The notes under the pieces were generated by a model, which worked only from the letters and a program-made list of their open reading frames with translations, searched no databases and had not been told where the DNA came from. Source: Macrostomum lignano (Eukaryota). Taken from it: a stretch of 64,000 bases of DNA. The position numbers were made by a program, and so were the translations under genes. The stretch spans positions 44,502-108,501 of the forward strand of contig NIVC01002203.1 in the NCBI GenBank assembly GCA_002269645.1, written 5' to 3'. Of this stretch, positions 37,101 through 49,505 are shown in pieces (within the stretch, counting starts at the first letter, position 1; each line of letters begins with the position of its first letter).

Positions 37101-37893
37101 CTCATTTACCAGAGTTCTGATCCTTATTTACCAGCAGTCCCAAATCGGTCATTAAACAAAGACACAACCAGAAGCCCTGTTGTTGTGTAAAAAAATAATA
37201 AAGTCCATAACAGGCGCAAGCAGTTGTTTAACAGGACATGAAAGAGGCAAATAAACAAATCGACGTAATGCCAAGCCTTGTTCTAACAATAGTTTATTCA
37301 CGTATTCAGAATTTTACAATTAATTATATGCATATTTATGTGAGTAAACGCTTGAAACCTTATGAACAGAACATATTACTATATTATAAATATGCATTTG
37401 TACAACATATTAATAGGCGAGTGCATATGGTTACGGCATGGTTAACAGATAGGGAGCATAAATAACAAGGATATAACATAGATAAATAAAGTGGGATATT
37501 AGCCCAAACAGGAGTTTAATCTAACAAGACAGCTGACCAAAATTCTAATAGGCAGAACTTTATTACACTAAGCAACAAATGGGCACTTTGAATTGAATTA
37601 AACATTAACAAAAAACAGAAACTGTCCGCATTTTACTACTGACAGACAGCAGTAGTATAGTAGAGATCGCAATACATTATTGTATTACAATATGGACACG
37701 AGACACGGGGAGTTTAAATACGCTTAAAAGTGGGAAGTTAAGAGCGGACTCGGAGCGGGTTTTAACAACCAGAAGAAGACTGAAGGGGAAATGGCGAGTA
37801 CAAAGGAAAGACTGCGTCAAACTTGAACAGGATTAGTAATTGAGAATTTAACGCAACTGCTCATAAATTGTCTCAAACTGTGAGTGCAAGCAG

Positions 37894-38895
37894 CTATGCG
37901 GCCGATTTGCTCGCACTGTCCGAAGTTGATGGTGCATCATCCGCTGTTGCCAAGGCGCCCGACTGCTGCTGCTGCTGCTGATTGTCGGAGCCGGCAGCGT
38001 CGGAATCGGCGGCGGCGGCAGCGCCAGGCAGCAGGGCCTCCAGATTCAGCTGGTCCAGCGCCGCTCCGTAGGCCTTGGCAGCGTCAGGCACGCCTGCGGC
38101 GGCCAGCCGGGCCACAGCGGCCAGCAGAGCGGGCGATCGGTCCGGCCAGACGGAGGCCAGCTCGGGCAGGCAGGCCAGCAGCTGGGCACGGGCGCCGGGA
38201 TCAGCGCCAGGCTGCAGATGTCGCAGCACCGCCGCTGCCGCAGCCGCATGTTCGGACGAATCGACGTCGGAGCCGCCGCGTCGCGCCTGCCTGAGCAACA
38301 GCGTCAGAGCCGGGCCGCGGACCTCCGGACAGGCGTCGCCAATAAGCCGTTCGATGTCGCCGACAAAGCTGTCCAGCAGGTCCGGCCGGCGTCTGGTCTT
38401 GTCTTCCAGCTCGCGGAGTGCGTCGGTCAGGTCGGCCAGATTGTCCAGCTGGCGAAGCCGCTTGCGACAGTTGGCGATCAGGCTGTGCGACCAGCTGTGC
38501 CGGCCAGCTGATGCTGCGTCGGAGGCTGGAGCGGCGCCGAAGTCTAACACGTCGTCCTGGTAATCGGCGTCGCTATCCAGCCGACTGTCGATAGATTCGT
38601 CGTCGATGTCGCCGCTAGCGGTCAGGGCGGTCAGCTCCGGCAGCGAGTCGGTCAGATCCGACGGCAGCGAGGTGAGCTGAGGTCGCAGGCTGGCGAGAAG
38701 CCGGCGAGCCGGCCGCGGCGCCGCTGAAACGTAGGCGCAGAGTAGTAGCGCCAGCTTGGCGCCCAGCGGTATTAGGCCACACGGGCATTGTCGCGCGTAG
38801 CGATGAAGGGCCCGGGCGTAGCTAGACAGAATGGCGTCCACGGCTGGCCTGGTGGTATCGGACTGGTACAGCCGGGGGCCCAGGTGCTCCAGCAC
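37894..38895 (-). CDS. INTS1: Integrator complex subunit 1, terminal exon (copy A, frame intact)
   Basis: LRELEDKTRRRPDLLDSFVGDIERLIGDACPEVRGPALTLLLR and AALDQLNLEALL match, by recalled alignment, the vertebrate INTS1 C-terminus (LSDIDEMSRRRPEILSFF..NLQRLM..AEECCRNLAFSLALR; EALRILHMEAVM); CAG|GTG acceptor. Confidence 0.82.
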   Translation of the reverse strand: MLEHLGPRLYQSDTTRPAVDAILSSYARALHRYARQCPCGLIPLGAKLALLLCAYVSAAPRPARRLLASLRPQLTSLPSDLTDSLPELTALTASGDIDDESIDSRLDSDADYQDDVLDFGAAPASDAASAGRHSWSHSLIANCRKRLRQLDNLADLTDALRELEDKTRRRPDLLDSFVGDIERLIGDACPEVRGPALTLLLRQARRGGSDVDSSEHAAAAAAVLRHLQPGADPGARAQLLACLPELASVWPDRSPALLAAVARLAAAGVPDAAKAYGAALDQLNLEALLPGAAAAADSDAAGSDNQQQQQQSGALATADDAPSTSDSASKSAA

Positions 38896-39014
38896 CTGAG
38901 GATTGCGAAAATGTAAAATGCGCGATTGAAAAATAGCTCGAAGCTTGCAGCAAACTACGATTCTAAGAAATAATGTAGTCTTTGTTTACAGGTGTTACTC
39001 ACTTTTATCGCTTT

Positions 39015-39600
39015 ATAGGTGTACAGATCCCAATACACCCCAGATTAGACACAGGTGCACAGAACCCAATACACCCCAGATTAGAAAGGTGTACAGATCC
39101 TAACACACCCCAGATTAGACACAGGTGCACAGATCCCAATACACCCCAGATTAGACACAGGTGTACAGATCCCAATACACCCCAGATTAGACACAGGTGT
39201 ACAGATCCCAACACACCCCAGATTAGACACAGGTGTACAGATCCCAACACACCCCAGATTAGACACAGGTGTACAGATCCCAATACACTCCAGATTAGAC
39301 ACAGGTGCACAGATCCCAACACACCCCAGATTAGACACAGGTGCACAGATCCCAATACACCCCAGATTAGACACAGGTGTACAGATCTTAATACACTCCA
39401 GATTAGACACAGTGAACAGATCCCAATACACCCTAGATTAGACACAGGTGTACAGATCCCAATACACCCCAGATTAGACACAGGTGTACAGATCCCAACA
39501 CACCCCAGATTAGACACAGGTGTACAGATCCAACACACCCCAGATTAGACACGGGTGTACAGATCCCAACACACCCCAGATTAGACACAGGTGCACAGTG
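39015..39600. repeat. 36-bp intronic minisatellite (CACAGGTGTACAGATCCCAATACACCCCAGATTAGA), ~16 copies
   Basis: Contiguous copies with no spacers. Confidence 0.95.
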
Positions 39601-39604
39601 CCTG

Positions 39605-39763
39605 NNNNNNNNNNNNNNNNNNNNNNNNNNNNNNNNNNNNNNNNNNNNNNNNNNNNNNNNNNNNNNNNNNNNNNNNNNNNNNNNNNNNNNNNNNNNNNNN
39701 NNNNNNNNNNNNNNNNNNNNNNNNNNNNNNNNNNNNNNNNNNNNNNNNNNNNNNNNNNNNNNN
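39605..39763. other. Assembly gap (159 N)
   Basis: Run of N at the centre of the inverted duplication. Confidence 1.
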
Positions 39764-40341
39764 CCGATGCGGGCCAGCACGGCAGAGCTGCTGCGCCTGG
39801 CAGCTGGCTGTCAGAGAGGCCGACTCCGGCTCTCCCTCTGCTGATCAAATCGAGCGCCGGGCCGACCTGATCTGCGCGCCAGCTAGCAGACGAGTGCGGC
39901 CGAAGAGAATGTCGACATTGCCGCCCTGATTGCCCCGCCGTCGTCTGCCGGCAGTGGCGGCCGTCCCAGCGCCAGGGCTCTCGTCCGCTGGCTGACCGCG
40001 GCCAGTCGCAGTTCAGCCGGTGCACGACGACTCCGCCTGGCGCTGTACTGCCGCCTGCCGATGCTGGGCCCGCCATCTGGCGAGTCTGGTGAGCAGCGGA
40101 TCTTGCAGCCTGGCGATGCTGTGCTAGCCTACGGGCACCGGGTCCTCGCTGGCATCGGCAGCCAATGCGAGTCTACTCAAGCTGTCAGCGCTACAGCCTG
40201 CCGTATACTGGCTGCCAGGCATCCCAGACTGCTGCCCCCAATACTGCCGTTGCTGCCGCTCTGCTCAGCGGCCGCTATCTGCTGCCCTGGACCGAGTTCC
40301 GCTGGCAAGGACCACTCGCCATGTTTGGCTGCTTGGTTCAG
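39764..40341 (+). CDS. INTS1: INTS1 penultimate exon fragment (5'-truncated by the gap, several frameshifts)
   Basis: ACRILAARHPRLLPPILP and AALLSGRYLLPWTEFRWQGPLAMFGCLVQ, split across frames, match recalled INTS1 KLAV.HPLLLLRHLPMIAALLHGRTHLNFQEFRQQNHL; CAG|GTAGGT donor in phase 0 to 41092. Confidence 0.72.
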
Positions 40342-40387
40342 GTAGGTTCAGCTTCAGGTGTTCAATTGTTAAGATTCACTTCAGGCA

Positions 40388-40970
40388 CTGTGCACCTGTG
40401 TCTAATCTGGGGTGTGTTGGGATCTGTACACCCGTGTCTAATCTGGGGTGTGTTGGGATCTGTACACCTGTGTCTAATCTGGGGTGTGTTGGGATCTGTA
40501 CACCTGTGTCTAATCTGGGGTGTATTGGGATCTGTACACCTGTGTCTAATCTAGGGTGTATTGGGATCTGTTCACCTGTGTCTAATCTGGAGTGTATTAA
40601 GATCTGTACACCTGTGTCTAATCTGGGGTGTATTGGGATCTGTGCACCTGTGTCTAATCTGGGGTGTGTTGGGATCTGTGCACCTGTGTCTAATCTGGAG
40701 TGTATTGGGATCTGTACACCTGTGTCTAATCTGGGGTGTGTTGGGATCTGTACACCTGTGTCTAATCTGGGGTGTGTTGGGATCTGTACACCTGTGTCTA
40801 ATCTGGGGTGTGTTGGGATCTGTACACCTGTGTCTAATCTGGGGTGTATTGGGATCTGTGCACCTGTGTCTAATCTGGGGTGTGTTAGGATCTGTACACC
40901 TTTCTAATCTGGGTGTATTGGGTTCTGTGCACCTGTGTCTAATCTGGGGTGTATTGGGATCTGTACACCT
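40388..40970. repeat. 36-bp minisatellite, mirror of 39015-39600
   Basis: Same order of variant units as the left copy. Confidence 0.95.
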
Positions 40971-41091
40971 ATAAAGCGATAAAAGTGAGTAACACCTGTA
41001 AACAAAGACTACATTATTTCTTAGAATCGTAGTTTGCTGCAAGCTTCGAGCTATTTTTCAATCGCGCATTTTACATTTTCGCAATCCTCAG

Positions 41092-42088
41092 GTGCTGGAG
41101 CACCTGGGCCCCGCTGTACCAGTCCGATGCCACCAGGCCAGCCGTGGACGCCATTCTGTCTAGCTACGCCCGGGCCCTTCATCGCTACCGCGACAATGCC
41201 CGTGTGGCCCTAATACCGCTGGGCGCCAAGCTGGCGCTACTACTCTGCGCCTACGTTTCAGCGGCGCCGCGGCCGGCTCGCCGGCTTCTCGCCAGCCTGC
41301 GACCTCAGCTCACCTCGCTGCCGTCGGATCTGACCGACTCGCTGCCGGAGCTGACCGCCCTGACCGCTAGCGGCGACATCGACGACGAATCTATCGACAG
41401 TCGGCTGGATAGCGACGCCGATTACCAGGACGACGTGTTAGACTTCGGCGCCGCTCCAGCCTCCGACGCAGCATCAGCTGGCCGGCACAGCTGGTCGCAC
41501 AGCCTGATCGCCAACTGTCGCAAGCGGCTTCGCCAGCTGGACAATCTGGCCGACCTGACCGACGCACTCCGCGAGCTGGAAGACAAGACCAGACGCCGGC
41601 CGGACCTGCTGGACAGCTTTGTCGGCGACATCGAACGGCTTATTGGCGACGCCTGTCCGGAGGTCCGCGGCCCGGCTCTGACGCTGTTGCTCAGGCAGGC
41701 GCGACGCGGCGGCTCCGACGTCGATTCGTCGAACATGCGGCTGCGGCAGCGGCGGTGCTGCGACATCTGCAGCCTGGCGCTGATCCCGGCGCCCGTGCCC
41801 AGCTGCTGGCCTGCCTGCCCGAGCTGGCCTCCGTCTGGCCGGACCGATCGCCCGCTCTGCTGGCCGCTGTGGCCCGGCTGGCCGCCGCAGGCGTGCCTGA
41901 CGCTGCCAAGGCCTACGGAGCGGCGCTGGACCAGCTGAATCTGGAGGCCCTGCTGCCTGGCGCTGCGCGCCGCCGATTCCGACGCTGCCGGCTCCGACAA
42001 TCAGCAGCAGCAGCAGCAGTCGGGCGCCTTGGCAACAGCGGATGATGCACCATCAACTTCGGACAGTGCGAGCAAATCGGCCGCATAG
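41092..42088 (+). pseudogene. INTS1: INTS1 terminal exon (copy B) with small indel frameshifts - pseudogene or consensus error
   Basis: Indels versus copy A near 41110, 41188, 41208, 41730 and 41966 break the frame; stop at 42086-42088; AATAAA at 42421. Confidence 0.7.
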
Positions 42089-42885
42089 CTGCTTGCACTC
42101 ACAGTTTGAGACAATTTATGAGCAGTTGCGTTAAATTCTCAATTACTAATCCTGTTCAAGTTTGACGCAGTCTTTCCTTTGTACTCGCCATTTCCCCTTC
42201 AGTCTTCTTTTTCTGGTTGCTAAAACCCGCTCCGAGTCCGCTCTTAACTTCCCACTTTTAACCGTATTTAAACTCCCCGTGTCTCGTGTCCATATTGTAA
42301 TACAATAATGTATTGCGATCTCTACTATACTACTGCTGTCTGTCAGTAGTTAAATGCGGACAGTTTCTGTTTTTTGTTAATGTTTAATTCAATTCAAAGT
42401 GCCCATTTGTTGCTTAGTGTAATAAAGTTCTACCTATTAGAATTTTGGTCAGCTGTCTTGTTAGATTAAACTCCTGTTTGGGCTAATATCCCACTTTATT
42501 TATCTATGTTATATCCTTGTTATTTATGCTCCTATCTGTTAACCATGCCGTAACCATATGCACTCGCCTATTAATATGTTGTACAAATGCATATTTATAA
42601 TATAGTAATATGTTCTGTTCATAAGGTTTCAAGCGTTTACTCACATAAATATGCATATAATTAATTGTAAAATTCTGAATACGTGAATAAACTATTGTTA
42701 GAACAAGGCTTGGCATTATGTCGATTTGTTTATTTGCCTCTTTCATGTCCTGTTAAACAACTGCTTGCGCCTGTTATGGACTTTATTATTTTTTTTTTAC
42801 ACAACAACAGGGCTTCTGGTTGTGTCTTTGTTTAATGACCGATTTGGGACTGCTGGTAAATAAGGATCAGAACTCTGGTAAATGA

Positions 42886-43626
42886 GAATGAGGGTGAGAA
42901 TTCAGGTATTTGAGAATAAGAATGAGAATTCATGTATATGAGAATTCATGTACATGTATATGAGAATAAGATGAAAATTCATGTATATGAGAATAAAGAT
43001 GAGAATTCAGGTATATGAGAATAAGATGAGAATTCATGTATATGAGAATTCATGTACATGTATATGAGAATAAGATGAAAATTCATGTATATGAGAATAA
43101 GGATGAGAATTCATGTATATGAAAAAAAGATGAGAATTCATGTATATGAGAATAAGATGAGAATTCAGGTATATGAGAATAAAGATGAGAATTCAGGTAT
43201 ATGAGAATAAGGATGAGAATTCATGTATATGAGAATAAAGATGAGAATTCAGGTATATGAGAATAAGAATGAGAATTCATGTATATGTATATGAGAATAA
43301 GATGAGAATTCAGGTATATGAGAATAAGGATGAGAATTCATGTATATGAGAATAAAGATGAGAATTCAGGTATATGAGAATAAGAATGAGAATTCATGTA
43401 TATGTATATGAGAATAAGATGAGAATTCAGGTATATGAGAATAAGGATGAGAATTCATGTATATGAGTATAAAGATGAGAATTCATGTATATGAGAATAA
43501 GATGAGAATTCATGTATATGAGAATAAAGATGATAATTCATGTATATGAGAATTCATGTATATGAGAAAAAGATGAAAATTCATGTATATGAGAATAAGG
43601 ATGAGAATTCATGTATATGAGAATGA
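42886..43626. repeat. ~28-bp minisatellite, longer than its left mirror
   Basis: ~740 bp versus ~310 bp. Confidence 0.9.
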
Positions 43627-44315
43627 GAAATACGGAGAAAAAATGAGTATGAGAACTGTTTTGGAAATTTTTTTGCGATTTTCAGCGATTAGCACTTATC
43701 TTTTTACTGAAAGTAGGCTGTTTGGGACAGAAAGCATTCGTAAATAAAATCCAATAATTTCTTCCATGGTCCCCTGTCGAATTTCTGCTAAAACAGGCTT
43801 CTCTGATTTATGATTTTCGTCACGACTCGATCCCCTGCTGCTTCCGGTAATTCCAGCAAAGCTGCAGCTAGAAGGAATATGCAACAATATAAAACAGAAT
43901 AAAAAATCTAGACTCCCTAGCGGTTTATAGGTTGTGAAAAAAATTATAAAAATAATTTTTATCCAAATTGCCGCTGTTTGAAGCGAAGCTTGCTGATTCG
44001 GCCGAAAAAGAAATATGGATATGACAAAAGGTATTCGAAATCTTTGTTAGGAGGGTGGTTGAAAGCCGTTAGCGACCCAGATCCCGGACCGTCTTGGCCT
44101 TGGGCATTCGTCAATCCATAATTATTTTATTACTTCCTGAAATTCGTGAAGAATGGCGTCAGGCGGCCAGAAAACTGGGAGCAACTCCTCCTACAGGAAA
44201 TGCTCTCCCAGCAGATATCAGCTATTTTTGCCCCCCCCCCCCTGTAGCGTTATCAATGTATAATTATTGGTTTGTTAATTGTTTCAGCAAGTTGTCATTC
44301 CTGTCACTCCTCAGA

Positions 44316-44697
44316 TCCTTGTGCCATTCCCCTGATCCCTGTGCCATTCTCCAGATCCCCTCTGCCATTTTCCAGATCCCTGTGCCATTCCCCAGATTCC
44401 CTGTGCCATTCCCCTGATCCCTGTGCCATTCCCCTGATCCCTGTGCCATTTTCCTGATCCCTGTTCCATTTTCCTGATCCCTGTGCCATTCCCCAGACAC
44501 CTGTGCCACTTTCCAGATCCCTTTGACCTTACACAAATCCCTGTGCCATTCTCAGGCCCCTGTGCCGTTCCCCAGACCCCTGTGACCTTACACAAATCCC
44601 TGTGCCATTTTCCTGATCCCTGTTCCATTCCCCAGATCCCCTGTGCCATTCCCCAGATCTTCTGTGCCATTCCACTGATCCCTGTGCCATTCCCCAT
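44316..44697. repeat. 20/21-bp minisatellite, mirror of 35648-36112
   Basis: Reverse-complement units. Confidence 0.9.
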
Positions 44698-47354
44698 TCT
44701 CCAGCGCCAGGAAACTGCCAGGATGTATCTACAAAGGCCTTTTGGGGAAGGAGCTAGAAGCAGATTGCTGTATCCTTGGATAGATTAGCCGGTGGGAAAA
44801 TTATATCGGCGCTTCATCCGTCCCTCCAGCCTCCCTCCAATAGGAGAGCTCCCGCATCAAGCCAGCCGCCTCCGCCGCCGCAGCGGCCGGCCTCCGTTAA
44901 GCCAGATCCCCACCGACTAATTCTTCCCTCACACTCTCCCCTCGTGCTCAGTAAGCTACTCATTCTGGCAGGGCAGACGCCCCGCGGTTGGATGGGATCA
45001 CCGGGGCTGGGGGTGGGGAGCTCAGGAGGAATAATTCTCCCAAAAGTGGCGGAGCCCAACTCAAAACTGGAAAATCCTGAGCACCCCTATTTCAACACCT
45101 GAGCAAACTCTGCGCTCGCTCTGTCGACTTTAATTTTGCGTTAGTCACCCGCCAGATTTAAATAAGCAATAAGCACTTTTTCGGCTGAGCTAGAGAGTTT
45201 TTTTGCCTACCATGAGCCACGGAGCCGGTTGCCAGCGGGTCAGCAGGTAAGCTTTTAAATTGCATTCGATTATTGTCTACTTCTCTGTCTCCCTCTCCAC
45301 AAAATCTGTCTACTTCTCTGGTTGTGCAGCTTCTGTTTCTCTTAGTTTTATAGCCCAGGCTATTAAAGATTAAAGTTGAGCTGCGCTATTATCGAGCGGC
45401 ATGATCGAAACCTTATCTACCAGCCCGTGTCCCACTGAAAACTTGAGCAAACATCTCTTAATTCCCTGTCTGCACAGGTATTTCTCACCCCCACCCCTGC
45501 TTCAGGGCCGGTCAATAACATTGAGCAAAGATTGCTATATGAATTATCGAGTGACGTCACTCTATTAAATTTTCGCGCGCGTGACTGCAAATTTATTGCT
45601 TAGGATAATTTCTTGAGGCAGAGAGAGAGAGAGAGAGGAAATCGTTTTTAAAAACTGAATCAGCGATAGATTAGCGCCATTCCCACCTGTTTGCTCACCG
45701 GGAGCGATATTGAATTACCACGAGCGCGTTAACCCTGTGCACCCCCTCCCCCGGATACAAACAAAACTACTGCTTCTGCATGCTCTGAGCACACACGCAT
45801 CTCTATGCGACGGACGGCTCTCTTAGACGTAAAAAGTCATCGAATGTTGTCAATAAGGGATGCCAGGCCGACAGCAGGCAACCGGAAGTGTACAGATTAT
45901 ATAGTGGGGACGCACCTTAGGTTTGCCTTGCTACTATAACTGTGCTGAGTTTGGCTTCGGCTTGTATGTGCCTGTGTGCTCAAGACCGAACCGATTAAGA
46001 TCAGCAACTTCCACGGTGCAGTAGGATATAAACTTGAAAATAATTGATTGATCGAACACAAGCTGAGAATGGGGAGTGGCCCCCTCCCGTGTAATTAGTC
46101 CCAAGAGATGGAGAGAGAGAGAGTTGTTTGGGAGACGCTGGGCCAGCTAATCCTCAAGGGAGTGATCGGTCGTTTTTGCCCGGACACTGAGCACTGAGTT
46201 GGGTCTGCTCTGTAAAACGGCATCCATGCTAATGGTGGCACAATAAAAAAACGGTTAAAAATGCTGCTACATTATCGATATGAGGCTGGGGACTATATAC
46301 TTCGATATATTGTATTTGTCTCAAAACTATATCTGGGCTCTGGCCAAGAGTTTTTCATGCAGTCCCAGTGCTGTTTAAACACTGAGCCAGCTCTCTCACT
46401 GTGCGCCACTCCGGAGCAACAGGCAGAAGATAATTGGGGAGATAATTGGAGGGCCTCCTCTGGACCTCATCCATCAGCAGTTATTCGTGCGCACCCAGGC
46501 CCCCTCTCTCCATCCAGCTCTCCCAAAAACTCCCCATTATTCTCCCCACTCCCCTCCCCTCTCTCGTCTTGTCTCTGCTGCCATCTGAGAGCCCCAGCCC
46601 ACCAGCTCGGCGGCGGCCAGTTCACGGAAAAACAATTTATGACTTGAGAATCGGAGATGATAGCCCCATGCAGCCGGCGGTCTAAAAACCCTGCCAGGGG
46701 CTCTTTGGCCCCAGCAATTATCATTGGGCTTATGAAACCGGCTTGTTTAATTCGCGAGCCGGTGAAGCTGCACCCGAGCTTCTCGCTGCACACAGGCATA
46801 AACGGTTATTCAACATTATTACCATTTCATTTAACAATAAATTTTGAAATCTCTAAACTGCATAGCGCTGGGACTCGGAACTTTCGCTAAATCTCCTTTT
46901 GCAGTCTCTCTCTGTGTCCCTGCGCCTCACGCTAGCCAAGCATCTCCTCAATTATGGGCGAACTTCCCCATCTGAGCATGGTCAGCTCTCGTGTCCCGCG
47001 CCCTTTATCTCGTCAGATCTCCCGCTCTTCCTCATTCACTCCCCCCCATTGCCGCTCGCTCTTGACAGCAACTGTCATTTTTATCAGCGGGAGAAACTGG
47101 AGCAGCAAGGCTGGACTGACCGGCTGTTAAATAGGGGAGAGATGAGAAACTCGTTCGGGCAGTTCGAGTATTGCCCGCTAAAAGCTGGAAACTCTCATTA
47201 TCGCGTGCAAGAGTCAGTAAATCCTTATTTGACCATTTTGTGTCATTTTGTGTCACTTTTTTCCTTCTATCTTTATGGTGCCATTTTCTGGCGTGATCAT
47301 TTTGTCTCTGATCGGTGCCATTTTTGGGATTGAACTGATCATGTGTTTTTATTA

Positions 47355-47567
47355 GGTTGTAGCCCAGTGGTTCGAGCTTCGGATTCACGACTGAAAGGTC
47401 GGGGGTTCGATTCTCGTCCCACTTGGAACAATTTGTGTCCTAATTGAGCAAGACACTTAACTCTGCATTGCTTCAGTGTTCACCCAGCTGTAAAATGGGT
47501 GCCTGCAGTCCTTAGACTGTACGCAGCCTGAGCTGTCGGTGGCACATCTGCCCATAATTATTATTAT
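47355..47567 (+). mobile_element. tRNA-derived SINE with a CORE/Meta-like central domain (copy B)
   Basis: A box TAGCCCAGTGG (47360-47370), B box GGTTCGATTC (47404-47413), then TGTGTCC..TTGAGCAAGACACTTAACTC..CAGCTGTAAAATGGG (MIR-CORE-like) and a (TTA)n tail. Confidence 0.8.
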
Positions 47568-47606
47568 CATGCCATTTTGTTTTTAATTGTCATTAATAAC
47601 TAACAG

Positions 47607-47810
47607 TGCCATACTTTCTTAAACAAATGAATTCCAGTTTCAACAGCTATGCCGAGGGCGACTCGGCATCAAAAGCCACAGCAGCCGCAGCCGCCAACAG
47701 TTTCGGCCTGTCGCACTACATAAAAAGCCTGGAGGCTATGGAGCCCGGCGGCAGCGGCGGCGGACCGATGGAGGCCTTCATTGAAGCCAGAGGAACCGTG
47801 GCGTCAAAAG
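47607..47810 (+). CDS. pea3: PEA3-family ETS factor, putative upstream exon (copy B)
   Basis: Mirror of 32533-32736; phase 1-1. Confidence 0.55.
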
Positions 47811-48659
47811 GTTTGTGTTGTGCGTGCGCGTGTGTGCAAAGAACGCTACAGCCCTCCTGCAAATGTCCATGGACTTTCAAAAAAATATTGAGTAATATGG
47901 ATTGGAAGCGCACCAACTGTTTTAAGAGAAGTGTGTGTAGCCAACGTCCCTGTTAACTTTTATAGAGCTTCCAATCCATATGCTGTACGCAATTTAGAAG
48001 TCCACGAGTCTCAATCGTTAATCAAATGATCTCCATCTCAGAACTGCCCTAATTGCTCAAAAGCTTGGACTGAATATTTGGTTTGGATTAGCTGCCTGAC
48101 CTAAATATAAATCTAAATCTAAACCTAAACCTAAACCTAAACATAAACGAAAGTCGAGCTTCAATAACAACAAAAAGCAGTCTAGTATAAGCAGAAAGAA
48201 AGCCACAGGTTGAATTCTATAGCTCCCCCCTGTCTGTTTATAGTCACCTCTGTAGAGTCATTGAGCTCAACTAATGCTGCTCAACAGCCCTTCAGATTTT
48301 GTCTACCTGCGAGAGCGGAGTCAAGAATTATGATTGAATATTAGGCTCTGGGGACACTAGAGGGGGGAAGGCAAGGCAGAGTAGCTATAAGACTGAGAGA
48401 GAGAGAGGAGCGGGGGGCAGAGGCGCTGGCATTTATTGAGGATGCAGCTGGACCATGTGTTTCTGAGAAAACGGGGCTTCTCACAAGGCTCCGTGGGAGG
48501 GACAATGGCTGCGGGTCGTATGTGAAGGGCATGCGAGGGGCTCGTATGCGTGGCCTGGTGTGCAGTGACAGGGGCTGACTGGTTTGAAGAATGCTTCATG
48601 GATATGGCTTGTGAACTCTGCTTTTTTTCTTCTCTGCTGATTATTCAGAGAAAAATAGG

Positions 48660-48858
48660 AGAGAAGAGAGGGTGAGAAAGTGGAGAAGAGAGGGTGAGAA
48701 AGTGGAGAAGAGAGGGTGAGAAAGGGGAGAAGAGAGGATGAGAGAGGGGAGAAGAGAGGATGAGAAAGGGGAGAAGAGAGGATGAGAAAGGGGAGAAGAG
48801 AGGGTGAGAGAGGGGAGAAGAGAGGGTGAGAGAGGGGAGAAGAGAGGGTGAGAAGAGG
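48660..48858. repeat. GA-rich ~20-bp tandem repeat
   Basis: Mirror of 31488-31685. Confidence 0.85.
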
Positions 48859-49505
48859 GGGAAGCAGAGACCAGAGTAAACGGTTATCGAGTCTCGTTCA
48901 GTCCCGTCCGTAACGCGGAGGAACGGAGGGCATCAGTCCACAAAAAAATCATCTGATTTAAAAAACTGTGCTCAAAAATCCCTAATCAAGAGCAGAGCGA
49001 GCCGGGGTTTGAAGGTTGGAGCTGGGGCATCGGCTGACTGACTTGAATTATGGTCTGGTTTAACTCGAGAACTCGACACGGGACTGGCTGCCTGTCTGCA
49101 ATTGTGTCATAAATCGTTTTTCTGGATCCGATAGCCCGACCCCGCAACAATTAACGACTGGTTGAGGCTTTAGAATTGAAAAAAGCTCCACCATTTGCTC
49201 CAGGTGGACTGGGGAGGGGGGCACCGGCTGGCTGGAATTGGGGGGTTTGGCTTGAAATTCTCCTGATTTTTGCCTGCTTAAATTCTGCTTTTTTGCTAAA
49301 GAAACAAAGCCAGGATTTTGGCGAGTTTTTATTTGAAATCTGTCGGATGTCTGTTTCAGAAGTTATTAAAAAATAACTTTTAAACTGTTGAATTATAGAA
49401 ATTCGAACACTACAAATCCGAGAAATGAGAGATTGCCCTCTTGGATGTCACACGCGAAAATGCCACTCTTGTATTGGATAGGACACTCTCCACAATGTTG
49501 CTTAC

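Larger units (their letters stand above)
15582..39604. repeat. Left arm of a ~24 kb inverted duplication (may extend further left)
   Basis: Every gene and satellite is mirrored in 40382..64000; the window end is the reverse complement of 15582-15621; 39591-39604 is the reverse complement of 40382-40395. Confidence 0.97.

Noticed and set aside
39015-40970. 36-bp repeats (and the 41-bp, 35-bp and 30-bp arrays elsewhere) as CRISPR arrays
   Set aside because: Units are contiguous with no unique spacers, lie in eukaryotic introns, and no cas genes are present
47355-47430. A/B-box region as a functional tRNA gene
   Set aside because: No acceptor-stem closure or T-run terminator; it continues into a SINE core and a simple-repeat tail
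45213-47620. Joining ...GGTCAGCAG|GTAAG to AG|TGCCATAC to recreate the PEA3 N-terminal QQVPY motif
   Set aside because: The GT-AG junction is one G short, and the QQ frame has no upstream ATG; the true first coding exon is unresolved
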